Assembly: GCA_041659265.1 (NCBI GenBank)
Contig: JBAZYP010000003.1
Coordinates: 101,221-165,220 of the forward strand
DNA: 64,000 nucleotides
Origin: Candidatus Pacearchaeota archaeon
Lineage (GTDB): Archaea > Nanobdellota > Nanobdellia > Pacearchaeales > GW2011-AR1
Reading direction: 5' to 3'
Shown: one piece after another, positions 1-9,235 of the stretch
Numbering within the stretch: the first letter of the stretch is position 1
Layout of the letters: every line of letters starts with the position of its first letter
Made by a program: the position numbers and the translations under genes
Notes under the pieces: generated by a model
What the model was told of the DNA's origin: nothing
Databases searched by the model: none
Seen by the model: the letters and a program-made list of their open reading frames with translations, nothing else

Positions 1-17
1 AGAACCTTTAAATATAA

Positions 18-36
18 GGTTACCTATTAGGTAACC
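18..36. promoter_or_regulatory. 9-bp perfect inverted repeat (GGTTACCTA-t-TAGGTAACC) next to an AT-rich TATA-like stretch, ending 8 nt before the ATG at 44. Candidate operator for the downstream wHTH/NTase pair.
   Basis: Read directly from bases 18-36. Palindromes immediately upstream of toxin-antitoxin or regulator operons are typical autoregulatory sites. Confidence 0.4.
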
Positions 37-43
37 ATATAAA

Positions 44-646
44 ATGACATCAGAAATACCTCAATACGGCTTGAAAGCATATGCGTTATTTTTTGCAAAA
101 CATAAAGATAAAGAAGAATTTAAACAATCAGAATTAGACTGGATAGTTGGGCAAAGCATGAAAAAGAAAATATTTTCTTTATTGTTAAGGGCGGGGTGGA
201 TTAAAAAACAATCTGATAATACCTACATTTGTATTACCCCTGAAAATGTCATGAAAGGTTTATTGGAATTTAAAGTTCCTAAAATTATAAAAGAGGCAGA
301 AAAAGATTATTCTTTCACAAATTTATCTGCAGTAGAAATTTGGAGCGATTATTCGTATGTTCAAAGAGGAATAGAAAAGTCTCCATACTTTATCAAAGTA
401 TTAAAGAAAGATTTAAAATATTGGAAAAGTTTTTTTAATAAATGTAATATTCCAAATTATGTTAATAGCGGAACAACAATAGGAGAATATATTATTTTAA
501 TTCCTGTAGAAAAGTTAAGTTTTGTAGAAAAAGAAGGTTACAAAGTTGAAAGTTTATATGAAACAATAAAGTTAGCTAAATTAAATGAAATGTATTTGTA
601 TGCTTACAATTACATGAAAAAGAAATATAAAAATGTTACAGCTTAG
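44..646 (+). CDS. Hypothetical 200-aa protein. Possible winged-HTH partner of the downstream NTase-fold protein (AbiEi-like antitoxin/regulator).
   Basis: ORF track. It overlaps the next gene by 14 nt, so the two are probably an operon. No catalytic motifs seen, so the wHTH assignment is a guess from the K-rich region LLLRAGWIKKQ. Confidence 0.3.
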   Translation: MTSEIPQYGLKAYALFFAKHKDKEEFKQSELDWIVGQSMKKKIFSLLLRAGWIKKQSDNTYICITPENVMKGLLEFKVPKIIKEAEKDYSFTNLSAVEIWSDYSYVQRGIEKSPYFIKVLKKDLKYWKSFFNKCNIPNYVNSGTTIGEYIILIPVEKLSFVEKEGYKVESLYETIKLAKLNEMYLYAYNYMKKKYKNVTA

Positions 647-1316
647 AGAAAGAGAAATATTTGAAACTTTAAATAGAATGGAAAAATTTAAGTTTGTAAT
701 TATTGGAGGATATGCAGTAAATGCTTACACACTTCCAAGATTTTCAGTTGATTGTGATATTGTAGTTAAAGATACAAAAGAGTTAAAGGAAATTGAAAAT
801 GTCCTATTAAATTTTGGTTATTCAAGAGAGGAAAATAATAAAGATAAAACTTCTTATTATGGAGATTTCTTAAGAATGGAAAAAAATATTGGGAATGGAA
901 TGAATGTAAGTATCGATATCTTAATTAAAGAGATTTTAGATAGGCAAACAAATTCAATTTTTTCTGCAGAATGGATATTTGAAAATTCTGAAATAAAAAC
1001 ATTAAAGGGAAAAACCATAACTGAAGAATTAAAATTAAGGATCATAAACCTCGATGCACTATTTGTTTTAAAATTTGTAAGCCATAGATTAACTGATATT
1101 AGAGATATCTTTATGTTAGCTCCAAATATTAAAAATAAGAAATTAGTCAAGGAAGAAATCTCAAAAAAATATGATTTTAATAAATTGTTTGAAATAATTA
1201 AAGAAAAAATAACCTCAAAACAGTTTAAGGATAGTTTGCAAGGAGTTTATGGAATTTTAGATGATAAGGTTTTTGAGAAACATAAAAAGGCCATTCTAAA
1301 TTTGGATAAAATTTAG
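633..1316 (+). CDS. Nucleotidyltransferase-fold protein (minimal NTase / AbiEii-like toxin family candidate)
   Basis: N-terminal IIGGYAVNAYTLPRFSVDCDIVV fits the Pol-beta superfamily G[GS]...(R/T)xS(x)DxD motif. Overlaps the upstream gene. Confidence 0.45.
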   Translation: MLQLREREIFETLNRMEKFKFVIIGGYAVNAYTLPRFSVDCDIVVKDTKELKEIENVLLNFGYSREENNKDKTSYYGDFLRMEKNIGNGMNVSIDILIKEILDRQTNSIFSAEWIFENSEIKTLKGKTITEELKLRIINLDALFVLKFVSHRLTDIRDIFMLAPNIKNKKLVKEEISKKYDFNKLFEIIKEKITSKQFKDSLQGVYGILDDKVFEKHKKAILNLDKI

Positions 1317-1442
1317 AAAGTATATCTTTTTTGATATACTTTGTGTAAAAGAGTTTATCCTAAAGGATATACTTTCTTTTAGATAGGTTAATATATTTTA
1401 TTTATTAAATAGAAGAATAAGTAACAGAAAATAATAAAAAAG

Positions 1443-2057
1443 ATGGATTCAAACAGAAAAACAGCGATAATTGTAGGAATATTGTTTCTATTTTCTACAA
1501 TTACATTTATGATAGGAAGTAACCTTATACAATCGTTTTTTACTGATAAAAATCCAAATACTCCTTTATTGATTATTGGAGTGCTCCTTGAGATTTCTTG
1601 CGGTGTAGCAGTTGTTGGTATTGGGCTTTTAATGTTTCCAATCTTAAAAAATCTTAATAAAAATTTAGCTCTTGGATATGTTATTTTCAGGATTATTGAG
1701 TGTTTAATGATTATTATTAGCGGAGTTTATCTATTATCCCTGTTAAAATTAATGTGGAATTACGATATGATAATTTTTATCTTTACTGGCCTTGGTGGTT
1801 TGATATTTTCTTATTTATTATATCAATCAAAACTCATTCCAAGATATTTGTCTGTCCTTGGCATCATTGGATATGCAATATTGTTACTGGGAGTCTTGTT
1901 AACTATGTTGGGCTATGTTGATATAAACACTGGTACAGGAATGCTTTTATTACTTCCAGGGGGTTTATTTGAATTATTTCTGCCAATCTGGCTTTTTGTC
2001 AAGGGATTTAATAAATATGCACTTGCTTCTTCAGAATCAGCAAGTAAATCAAAATAG
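1443..2057 (+). CDS. Integral membrane protein (about 6 TM helices), function unknown
   Basis: Hydrophobic stretches throughout the 204-aa translation. Confidence 0.45.
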   Translation: MDSNRKTAIIVGILFLFSTITFMIGSNLIQSFFTDKNPNTPLLIIGVLLEISCGVAVVGIGLLMFPILKNLNKNLALGYVIFRIIECLMIIISGVYLLSLLKLMWNYDMIIFIFTGLGGLIFSYLLYQSKLIPRYLSVLGIIGYAILLLGVLLTMLGYVDINTGTGMLLLLPGGLFELFLPIWLFVKGFNKYALASSESASKSK

Positions 2058-2315
2058 ATAATCTTAAATTTAATTAATGAAAGATTACAAATGAGAGTGT
2101 ATTGAAAAAATAAAAAATTTGTTTAAGGAAGAAGCAATCGAAATTAATGTTCTTCAAATAGGGGAAGATGAAGAAAAAATAAGACCTTTGCCTTTTTTAT
2201 AAAATCAATATTTATGAAGTAGATTATTTTTGCAAGAAAAAACTTTTATGGTTTTTTCTGCACAGAAAATCCATTGGATTTTATTGTGTTCCATAAAATG
2301 GATAATCCATTTACA

Positions 2316-2693
2316 CTAACTCATTTGTCTTGCTAAAAATTTATGAAAGTCATCAAAATATGAGTTTGGAGAAAGAAATTTTTCTTGATGAATATCAAAA
2401 TAATCCGAAGTCAAATATCCTCCGTCTAAAACAACAGAAAGTTCTGGTCTTTGATCTAATCTTTCAATATAACATAATCTTATATCATCGCTACCTATTT
2501 CATCTAAACTGTCTCCAGGAATTTCTATTGGGCCCCTAACCTTTGGAGTACCAATTTTTCCTTTTGTATAATCTTGATACACACGAGAAACTATCTCTGC
2601 TGCTTCTTGAACCGAAACTTCTGAATCTAAACCTAATAAAAAAGAAGCATTTCTTTTACTTCTCATTATGGATCGTACTTCTTGTATTTTCAT
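2316..2693 (-). CDS. Hypothetical protein, 125 aa
   Basis: ORF track. No motif recognised. Forms a tandem pair with 2706..3077. Confidence 0.35.
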   Translation of the reverse strand: MKIQEVRSIMRSKRNASFLLGLDSEVSVQEAAEIVSRVYQDYTKGKIGTPKVRGPIEIPGDSLDEIGSDDIRLCYIERLDQRPELSVVLDGGYLTSDYFDIHQEKFLSPNSYFDDFHKFLARQMS

Positions 2694-2705
2694 ATTATCT
2701 TTAAA

Positions 2706-3077
2706 TCAGAACTCTTTTTCTTGCCATCTGTATGTAGCATGAAAGAGTTGTTTTTTCTTTTTGTAATCGGGATGTGATGGGTTATAAAAAACAATATCTT
2801 CATCTTTTATTAGAGAAACTGTTACTTCTGCACATCCAATATATTTTCTTCCTGAAAATATCATATTATGCTTATTGATTCTAATACTTAGAATTCTATC
2901 TAAATCTTGTCCATCTTGAATCATAACAGCAAGTTTTCCTTCACATTCCCCTTCATAAGTTACAAAATTTCCTACTCTGTCTCCAAGAAAAGATATTTGA
3001 AAACAATCACCCGGGATAAGTTTCTCTAGATCAGATTCTTTTGTTACTGCAATTGAATTGGGTATCCTTGTTTCCAT
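2706..3077 (-). CDS. Hypothetical protein, 123 aa
   Basis: ORF track. No motif recognised. Confidence 0.35.
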   Translation of the reverse strand: METRIPNSIAVTKESDLEKLIPGDCFQISFLGDRVGNFVTYEGECEGKLAVMIQDGQDLDRILSIRINKHNMIFSGRKYIGCAEVTVSLIKDEDIVFYNPSHPDYKKKKQLFHATYRWQEKEF

Positions 3078-3245
3078 ATTAATATTTTATCTCAGAATCA
3101 GTCTGAGGCAGTTCACCTCAGTTTATATTCAAATTATAAGATTTAAATAACTTTCGAATGGGTCCCCTAAGGATCTCCCCAGAAAAAGAGCTAGGGGTAA
3201 ATAATCTAGACCAAAAAGGTAGCCTTTTGTGAACGAACTACCACT

Positions 3246-3818
3246 TTATGCCTCAAAATATTCTTTTTTTATTAATATTCTTTTATTACATGCTTTCCAA
3301 AGATGATTTGATAATGAAAATGCCGATTTTCTTTTTTTATCTGTAAAATAAGCCAAAATCACTTGCATATTATGCTCTTCCTTTATATCTTTTATAATTG
3401 GAACAAAATCTGTGTCAGAAGTTATAATCATAATCGTACTTACTTTTTTCTGTGCAGCAATTTTTAGCATATCCATTGTCATTAATGTATCAACCCCTTT
3501 TTGTTGAAATAAATTATCTATTTTTTGGCATCTTCCCTCTCTAATAATTATTTTAGGAGTTACTAATTCTAATCTAGAGATAAATTTATCATAATTCCCT
3601 TGTTTTTGTTTTTCACTATCTGTAGGAATAGGACTTTTATATGGTGGTGCGGTGTAGAAATAAATCTCTTCACAAAAAAGATTAAGTTCATTGCAAAGAT
3701 TAACTACTAATTTTTCTATCTTGTATTTTATAGGTTTACCCTCTCCAAAATATTTAGATATGTATGAAAGGTAAGCACTATCAATAAGAACAATTGTTTT
3801 ATTCATATAAAAAAGCAT
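3246..3818 (-). CDS. NYN-domain (LabA/DUF88-like) putative RNase
   Basis: IVLIDSAYL ... GVDTLMTMDML ... IMIITSDTDFVPII matches the NYN/LabA acidic-residue pattern (D...D..D, S/TDxDF). Confidence 0.65.
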   Translation of the reverse strand: MLFYMNKTIVLIDSAYLSYISKYFGEGKPIKYKIEKLVVNLCNELNLFCEEIYFYTAPPYKSPIPTDSEKQKQGNYDKFISRLELVTPKIIIREGRCQKIDNLFQQKGVDTLMTMDMLKIAAQKKVSTIMIITSDTDFVPIIKDIKEEHNMQVILAYFTDKKRKSAFSLSNHLWKACNKRILIKKEYFEA

Positions 3819-3904
3819 CAGGCAACCCTTTCGGATTACCTGGGATTATGTTAATATTATTAATAGTTTATAGTATATAAGATTTTCTATGTTATAAATA
3901 AAAT

Positions 3905-3928
3905 GGACTTAAGAGAGGATCGAACTTA
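3905..3928 (-). other. tRNA 3'-end-like fragment (T-loop TTCGATC + CTCTC + TTAAGTCC). No complementary 5' acceptor strand is found upstream, so it is not a complete tRNA.
   Basis: The reverse complement reads ...AAGTTCGATCCTCTCTTAAGTCC, sharing the T-loop and acceptor 3' strand pattern with the adjacent tRNA-Val. The T-stem 5' strand (ATAAG) cannot pair. Confidence 0.3.
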
Positions 3929-3956
3929 TTCGATCACATTCCTATGAATCCTAGAT

Positions 3957-3977
3957 AGTATTTGCTTTGCAAATACT
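3957..3977. terminator. Perfect 9-bp stem / 3-nt loop hairpin (AGTATTTGC-ttt-GCAAATACT) preceded by oligo-T (minus-strand sense) just 3' of tRNA-Val. Candidate terminator or processing signal.
   Basis: Read directly. On the minus strand the tRNA 3' end is followed by TATATTTT and then the hairpin. Confidence 0.35.
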
Positions 3978-3985
3978 AAAATATA

Positions 3986-4056
3986 TGGACCTAGAGAGGA
4001 TCGAACTCCCGAATTATCGGTGTAAACGATATGGTTTGCCACTAGCCTATAGGTCC
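3986..4056 (-). tRNA. tRNA-Val (anticodon UAC), 71 nt without encoded CCA
   Basis: The reverse complement GGACCTA-TA-GGCT..AACC-TATCG-TTTACAC-CGATA-ATTC-GGGAG-TTCGATC-CTCTC-TAGGTCC-A folds as a cloverleaf. The 7-bp acceptor is perfect and the canonical T-loop is TTCGATC. The anticodon loop TT-TAC-AC gives anticodon TAC. Confidence 0.8.
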
Positions 4057-4148
4057 TTTATTAAGTCTAAAAAAATAGACTTATAAATTATATAAAAGTC
4101 ATGCGTTTTTAAAGCTTTTTAGACCCAAAATTAGCTTAAAAATCAATA

Positions 4149-5666
4149 TTATTCAATTATTTTCTTAGCTAAACCTATTATTTCATCAAAATCTTCTTTA
4201 TTTGCCTTATATTTTGCAAATTCAACCATGCTGCATAAATTTAAGCAGGATTGTATTTTATCATATTGTATTTTTTGAGATTTTAATTCTCTTATTAATT
4301 CAGTATTGGTTATCTCTTTTTTAAGTCCATATCTATGGCTTAGATAGACTCTTATTGCTTCACTTGATTTTCCATAAGCATCTTTAAATCTTTCTTCTTT
4401 AAACAATCTTTTTGATTCTTCTAATAATTTTCTAGCTTCAGCTAGATAATCAAAATGAACCTCTGCCCTTTTTAATGGAACTGCTAATTCTGATTTTTTA
4501 TTTTTAGGATAGATTTTATATATCATTAAAAAACCTAGACTAGCAATTATTGCTAAAATAAATAAATAATATGTAAATGGAAATTGTTTATTTTTATCTA
4601 GTCTTACTTTTATTAATTGACTATTATTAAATTCAGCAATAATTCTTGCACTTTCATTATTTTTATTCATGTAATCAACATTAATATTAGTTAAACTTTC
4701 ATTTATCTTATCCATTGTTATTTCTTTTCTATTATATCCTTCTTTTTTTAATGCCCCTTCATAATTTTTGAATCTTTCATCATTTTCCATTATTTTTTGC
4801 ATTTCTTTTTCCTGAACTGAACTTTCCTTTTTTAAATTTTTAACTTTATTATCCTCTATTTTTCCACTTAAACTAGCTGTTTCAGAATCCTCTCTTTTAT
4901 AATTAATTTTAAAATCTCCATTTGTAGAATTTTCAGGATTTATTTCAACAGATTCTGGTTTATATCCTTGTTCTTGTAATTCTTGATTTTGTTTTTGAAA
5001 TTCAGAATTTTCTTGAATCTTTTTAGCAAGTTCTTTTTTTAATTCCTCATTTTGTTGCATCTCTTTTTGCATCTGTTGTTTTAATGCAGATGTATCTTGG
5101 TTTGCTTGATTATTTTGCATCCTATTCTGTAATTTATTTTGCTCTTGTTGTTGTTTTGCTTGTTCTTCCATTGCTTTTCTTTGCTCTTGTTGTTCTTTTT
5201 GTTGTTGTTTTTCCTTTTCATCTTGGGTTTGAGCTGAACTAGATTGCTGATTTTCTTTGTTTTGTTTTTGATCTTCTTTTTCAACAAAGATTATATTGAT
5301 TTTTGGTAATGTTATATAGATTTCTTTACCATTTTCCTTATATGTAAATTGCATTTCAATTGCCATATTCACAGGTTTATCTGAAGTACCAAAGTTCATT
5401 AAAAAGGGATTTTCTTTTATTGAAAGTTCTTGTGTTTGAGAATTTGAATTACTATAATAAAAGCCTTGTTGTTGGATTTTTTGTAGAACAGTATATGAAA
5501 TATATCCATCAACTTCCTTGAAATTTTCAATATCAGAAGGGATGACAGCATTTTCTCCAATTAAAAAATAATAATCACTCTGATTAGTTATAAATTTTAA
5601 TGGTTCAGCATTTATTGTTGGAACAAAAAGCAATATAAGAAAAAAAATATAATTTATTTTTATCAT
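4149..5666 (-). CDS. Membrane protein with signal peptide, a long Q/E/K-rich low-complexity coiled-coil region, one TM helix and a C-terminal DUF4129-like helical region. Fourth gene of the MoxR operon.
   Basis: N-terminal hydrophobic leader, the QQQEQNKLQNRMQNNQ low-complexity run, TM LFILAIIASLGFLMIY, and a C-terminus AEVHFDYLAEARKLLEESKRLFKEERFKDAYGKSSEAIRVYLSHRYG resembling the DUF4129 pattern seen with MoxR/DUF58 operons. 4-nt overlap with the upstream gene. Confidence 0.45.
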   Translation of the reverse strand: MIKINYIFFLILLFVPTINAEPLKFITNQSDYYFLIGENAVIPSDIENFKEVDGYISYTVLQKIQQQGFYYSNSNSQTQELSIKENPFLMNFGTSDKPVNMAIEMQFTYKENGKEIYITLPKINIIFVEKEDQKQNKENQQSSSAQTQDEKEKQQQKEQQEQRKAMEEQAKQQQEQNKLQNRMQNNQANQDTSALKQQMQKEMQQNEELKKELAKKIQENSEFQKQNQELQEQGYKPESVEINPENSTNGDFKINYKREDSETASLSGKIEDNKVKNLKKESSVQEKEMQKIMENDERFKNYEGALKKEGYNRKEITMDKINESLTNINVDYMNKNNESARIIAEFNNSQLIKVRLDKNKQFPFTYYLFILAIIASLGFLMIYKIYPKNKKSELAVPLKRAEVHFDYLAEARKLLEESKRLFKEERFKDAYGKSSEAIRVYLSHRYGLKKEITNTELIRELKSQKIQYDKIQSCLNLCSMVEFAKYKANKEDFDEIIGLAKKIIE

Positions 5667-6616
5667 GATATTATTCTATATCTCCCATAATTTAGATAAA
5701 TTTGCACTAAAATAATAATAAAAGCGAGTAAGAAAATATAATCCTTAATACTTGTAGGTTCTTTTTCTCTTTTAATATTTTCACTAATTCTTTTATAAAT
5801 CTCTTCTAAAGTATTATCATCAACACTCTTATAATATTCTCCACCTGTATTTTTAGCAATTTTTTGCAAGGTTGCTTCATCAAGTTCAGCATATTGGGCA
5901 TTTCCAAACCAATCATATCCTAGAACAACTTTTCCATTTGAACCCATTCCTATTGTATTAACTTGAATATTATTCAGTTTTGCATAGGCTATAGCTTCAT
6001 CAGGAGAAATAACTCCAGCATTACTAACTCCATCACTCAATAATATAACAACTTTTTTCTTATTTGGAATACTTGAAGCCATATCAATTGCAAGCGCTAA
6101 ACCATCTCCAATTGCAGTCTGCCCTTGTTTAACTTGTATTCCTCTTAATTTTTCAAGAACTCTATCTTTAAATGGAGATAAATATGCAGAGGTTGTAGCT
6201 CCAGATTCAAATAAAACTATTCCAATCTGATCATTAGCTTTAAGACTTTTTATCAAAACTTCTGCAGATTTTTTAGATGCTTCAACTCTTGTTGGAGTAT
6301 AATCAGTTGCTTGCATACTTCCTGAAACATCTAATGCTAAAACAACATTTACCCCCTCTTTAGTTTGCTTTAAAGGGATATTAGGATCAGCAAAACCAAT
6401 TATCATTAAAGATAGAACTATCATGAATAAGTAAAAATTAAGATGTTCCCTTAAATTAAATCTTTTTTTTGTAGCTTGTTTAATTAAACCGATATTACTA
6501 AATCTAATTGCAGCATCTTTTTTATTTTTATTTGATTTAATATAAAAATAATATAATACAGGTATTATTAATAAAAGATAAAGGTAATATGGTTTAAGAA
6601 ATGTAATATAACTCAT
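5663..6616 (-). CDS. von Willebrand factor A domain membrane protein (BatA-like)
   Basis: MIDAS motif VVLALDVSGSMQATDY plus downstream LSDGVSN. Two N-terminal TM helices and a C-terminal TM. Overlapping stop/start with its neighbours. Confidence 0.8.
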   Translation of the reverse strand: MSYITFLKPYYLYLLLIIPVLYYFYIKSNKNKKDAAIRFSNIGLIKQATKKRFNLREHLNFYLFMIVLSLMIIGFADPNIPLKQTKEGVNVVLALDVSGSMQATDYTPTRVEASKKSAEVLIKSLKANDQIGIVLFESGATTSAYLSPFKDRVLEKLRGIQVKQGQTAIGDGLALAIDMASSIPNKKKVVILLSDGVSNAGVISPDEAIAYAKLNNIQVNTIGMGSNGKVVLGYDWFGNAQYAELDEATLQKIAKNTGGEYYKSVDDNTLEEIYKRISENIKREKEPTSIKDYIFLLAFIIILVQIYLNYGRYRIIS

Positions 6617-7491
6617 CTTATCCTCCTACATCTTAATCTAAAGAATTTTTTTAAAGGGATTTCATAAGGTTCATCTGATAATAAGTTAATAATATCAATA
6701 TTTAGTTTTTTTAAAGTTTTTTCTAAATTCTTATTTTTTTCTTTTAAAATATTTGAATAATTAGCTCTAAATACAGGATCATTTGTATTAACTAGGATTC
6801 TTTCACCGGTTTCTTCATCTTCTAATCTAATATAACCAATTCTAGGAATTTCTTGTTCTCTGATATCATTTAAATTAATGCAAATAATATCATTTCTTGA
6901 TTTTAACATCTTTAATGATTTGCTAAAATCATTAGTCATAAAATCTGAAACAATAAAAACAACACTTCTTTTTTTTATAATTCTTGAAATGAACTTTAAT
7001 GAATTATCAAGATCAGTTGTTTTTTCTTTTGGTTTATATAATAAAATTTCTCTTAATATTTTAAAAGCATGTCTTTTTCCTTTTCTAGCTGGAATATATC
7101 TTTCGATTTTATTTGTAAATAAGAATAAACCAGTATTATCATTATTTTTCATTGCAGAAAATAATAATGAAGCAATAAGTTCAATTGCCGCTTCTTTTTT
7201 TCTTTTTGTACTTCCAAATTCATTGCTTGATGAAATATCAAAAACAAAATATACTGTTAAATCTCTTTCTTCAATATATTCTTTTACATATGGAAAACCC
7301 ATTCTAGCTGTAACATTCCAATCAATAGACCTAATATCATCACCTGGATTATATTCCCTTACTTCAGAAAATTCAATTCCCCTTCCCTTAAAAGTTGAAT
7401 GATATGCTCCTTGTAATAATCCATCTACTAATATTTTTGTTTTAATCTCTAATTTCCTTACTTGTTTTATAATTTCATTTGGATTTTCCAT
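6613..7491 (-). CDS. DUF58-family protein (MoxR-associated)
   Basis: Conserved DUF58 core VYFVFDISSSNEFGS and a position immediately downstream of the MoxR ATPase. Confidence 0.7.
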   Translation of the reverse strand: MENPNEIIKQVRKLEIKTKILVDGLLQGAYHSTFKGRGIEFSEVREYNPGDDIRSIDWNVTARMGFPYVKEYIEERDLTVYFVFDISSSNEFGSTKRKKEAAIELIASLLFSAMKNNDNTGLFLFTNKIERYIPARKGKRHAFKILREILLYKPKEKTTDLDNSLKFISRIIKKRSVVFIVSDFMTNDFSKSLKMLKSRNDIICINLNDIREQEIPRIGYIRLEDEETGERILVNTNDPVFRANYSNILKEKNKNLEKTLKKLNIDIINLLSDEPYEIPLKKFFRLRCRRIR

Positions 7492-7493
7492 TT

Positions 7494-8480
7494 TTATGGA
7501 ACTCTTATCTTAGAAAGTATTTTATCAATTATTGATTCTGTTGATATTCCTTCTGCTTCAGCTTCATAGGTTAACATTATTCTATGTCTTAATACATCAT
7601 GAGCTATTTCTTGAATATCTTCAGGAATAACATATCCTCTTCCATTTAGTAGTGCATTAGCTTTACCAGCCATTATAAGCCATATTAAAGCTCTTGGTGA
7701 AGCACCATATTCAATCATAGAATCCAAATCTAACTTATATTCATGAGGTTTTCTAGTTGCTTCAACTATTTCACTAACATAATTCTCAATTTTTTCATCA
7801 CAATAAATATTTTTAAGAAAATTTTGTATTTTTATTATCTCTTTAGGAGATAATTTTTCTTTAACATCAAATTTCATTCCAGTGGTCATTCTATTGATTA
7901 TCTCAATTGAATCTTTTTTATTAGGATAATCAATAATTAATTTAAACATGAATCTATCAACTTGAGCTTCAGGTAATCTATAAGTTCCTTCTGTTTCTAT
8001 TGGATTTTGAGTAGCAAGAACCAAGAAGGGAAGTTCAAGTTTATAACTTTCTTCACCAATAGTTATTTGTTTTTCTTGCATTGCTTCAAGTAATGCAGAC
8101 TGTACCTTTGGCGGAGCCCTATTAATTTCATCAGCTAAAATAAAATTTGCAAATAGAGGCCCTTTTTTTGTTGTAAATTCACCGGTTTTATTATTATAGA
8201 TTTTAGTTCCAATAATATCTGCGGGTAATAAATCAGGAGTAAATTGAATCCTTTGAAATTTAGCACTTAATGTTTCTGATAATGTTTTTATCATCATGGT
8301 TTTAGCTAGTCCAGGTACTCCTTCTAATAATACATTGCCATCAGCAATTAAGGCCATAATTAATCTATCAATTATTTTCTCTTGACCAACAATAACTTTA
8401 CTAATTTCTTTTTTAACTAAATCTAATGTTTTTGATAATTCTTCAGCTTCTTTATTTAATTTTTTTATATCCGCATCCAT
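7494..8480 (-). CDS. MoxR-family AAA+ ATPase
   Basis: Walker A GNVLLEGVPGLAKT, Walker B LLADEINRAPPKVQSALLEAM, and typical MoxR length and C-terminal region. Confidence 0.9.
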   Translation of the reverse strand: MDADIKKLNKEAEELSKTLDLVKKEISKVIVGQEKIIDRLIMALIADGNVLLEGVPGLAKTMMIKTLSETLSAKFQRIQFTPDLLPADIIGTKIYNNKTGEFTTKKGPLFANFILADEINRAPPKVQSALLEAMQEKQITIGEESYKLELPFLVLATQNPIETEGTYRLPEAQVDRFMFKLIIDYPNKKDSIEIINRMTTGMKFDVKEKLSPKEIIKIQNFLKNIYCDEKIENYVSEIVEATRKPHEYKLDLDSMIEYGASPRALIWLIMAGKANALLNGRGYVIPEDIQEIAHDVLRHRIMLTYEAEAEGISTESIIDKILSKIRVP

Positions 8481-8653
8481 CTTTTAATTTTAACCCATAA
8501 AGATAGATTTGGTTATCTAATTTATAAAAGTTGCGAATTCTAATTCCATAAATGATCTTTTATAAGTTTAGATAATAATTTCATTCTTAATTTTTACTTT
8601 TTATCCCACTCAAGAGAGGAGAAACAAGTAAATAAGTTAAGATGAATTATCAC

Positions 8654-9163
8654 CTATATATCTTCAACATGAGTTACTAGTTTGTATAAAGCCTCTTCAA
8701 TATATTTTTGGCGTTCTTTTCCACTAATAGATTTATGAGGATCTTTTGCATCTTTGATATATCCATTTTCAGCCATAACTTTACCAACAGTTATTCTTCC
8801 AAAACCAATTTGTCTTGCTATTTCAACATATTTTTGAGGAAAAATAACTCCATCACTAAATACTATATATTCTCTTTCTCCATGTGGATCTTGTAACATT
8901 ATTACCGCTATATCCGTCCAGCCATCATCTTCATCAAAAATTCCATTTTCTATTGAGATAATTCTATCAAGTCCATTAATTCTTTTTTTAAGATCAGTTA
9001 TTCTATTTCTAGCTCCTTCCATAGTTGATTCATTTACAGGTTGTGCACCAACTCCAGAATCCGTTGAATAACCCGTGACTTCAGCATGAATGCCTAAAGA
9101 AGCATAAACATTTTTTACAGCATCAACTTTAAAACCATTGTTAGAAGTAACACCAATTTTCAT
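8654..9163 (-). CDS. Non-canonical purine NTP phosphatase (YjjX/DUF84, inosine/xanthosine triphosphatase family)
   Basis: MKIGVTSNN ... TDSGVGAQPVNESTMEGARNRI ... ISIENG ... FSDGVIFPQ aligns by eye with E. coli YjjX ([22 protein letters not shown]). Confidence 0.5.
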   Translation of the reverse strand: MKIGVTSNNGFKVDAVKNVYASLGIHAEVTGYSTDSGVGAQPVNESTMEGARNRITDLKKRINGLDRIISIENGIFDEDDGWTDIAVIMLQDPHGEREYIVFSDGVIFPQKYVEIARQIGFGRITVGKVMAENGYIKDAKDPHKSISGKERQKYIEEALYKLVTHVEDI

Positions 9164-9235
9164 AAATTAAAAAATCAAATTTTATTTAAAAATCTTTATA
9201 TAGTCAAGAACTACTATTTTCTTCCATTTTCTAGA

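Noticed and set aside
857-1150. Minus-strand 97-aa ORF (and similar antisense ORFs 2330..2539, 5081..5287, 6878..7402, 8708..8896, 12155..12373, 19160..19342, 20385..20606, 26742..26924, 27232..27414, 33130..33391, 41085..41285, 42402..42710, 49446..49655, 55595..55926, 57851..58436, 58505..58777, 63480..63713)
   Set aside because: Each lies wholly inside a longer, better-supported gene on the other strand or frame, and has no motifs of its own.
3905-3985. Second complete tRNA gene adjacent to tRNA-Val
   Set aside because: Only the T-loop and 3' acceptor strand are present. No 5' acceptor strand, D-arm or anticodon arm can be paired. The would-be T-stem 5' strand (ATAAG) cannot pair with CTCTC.
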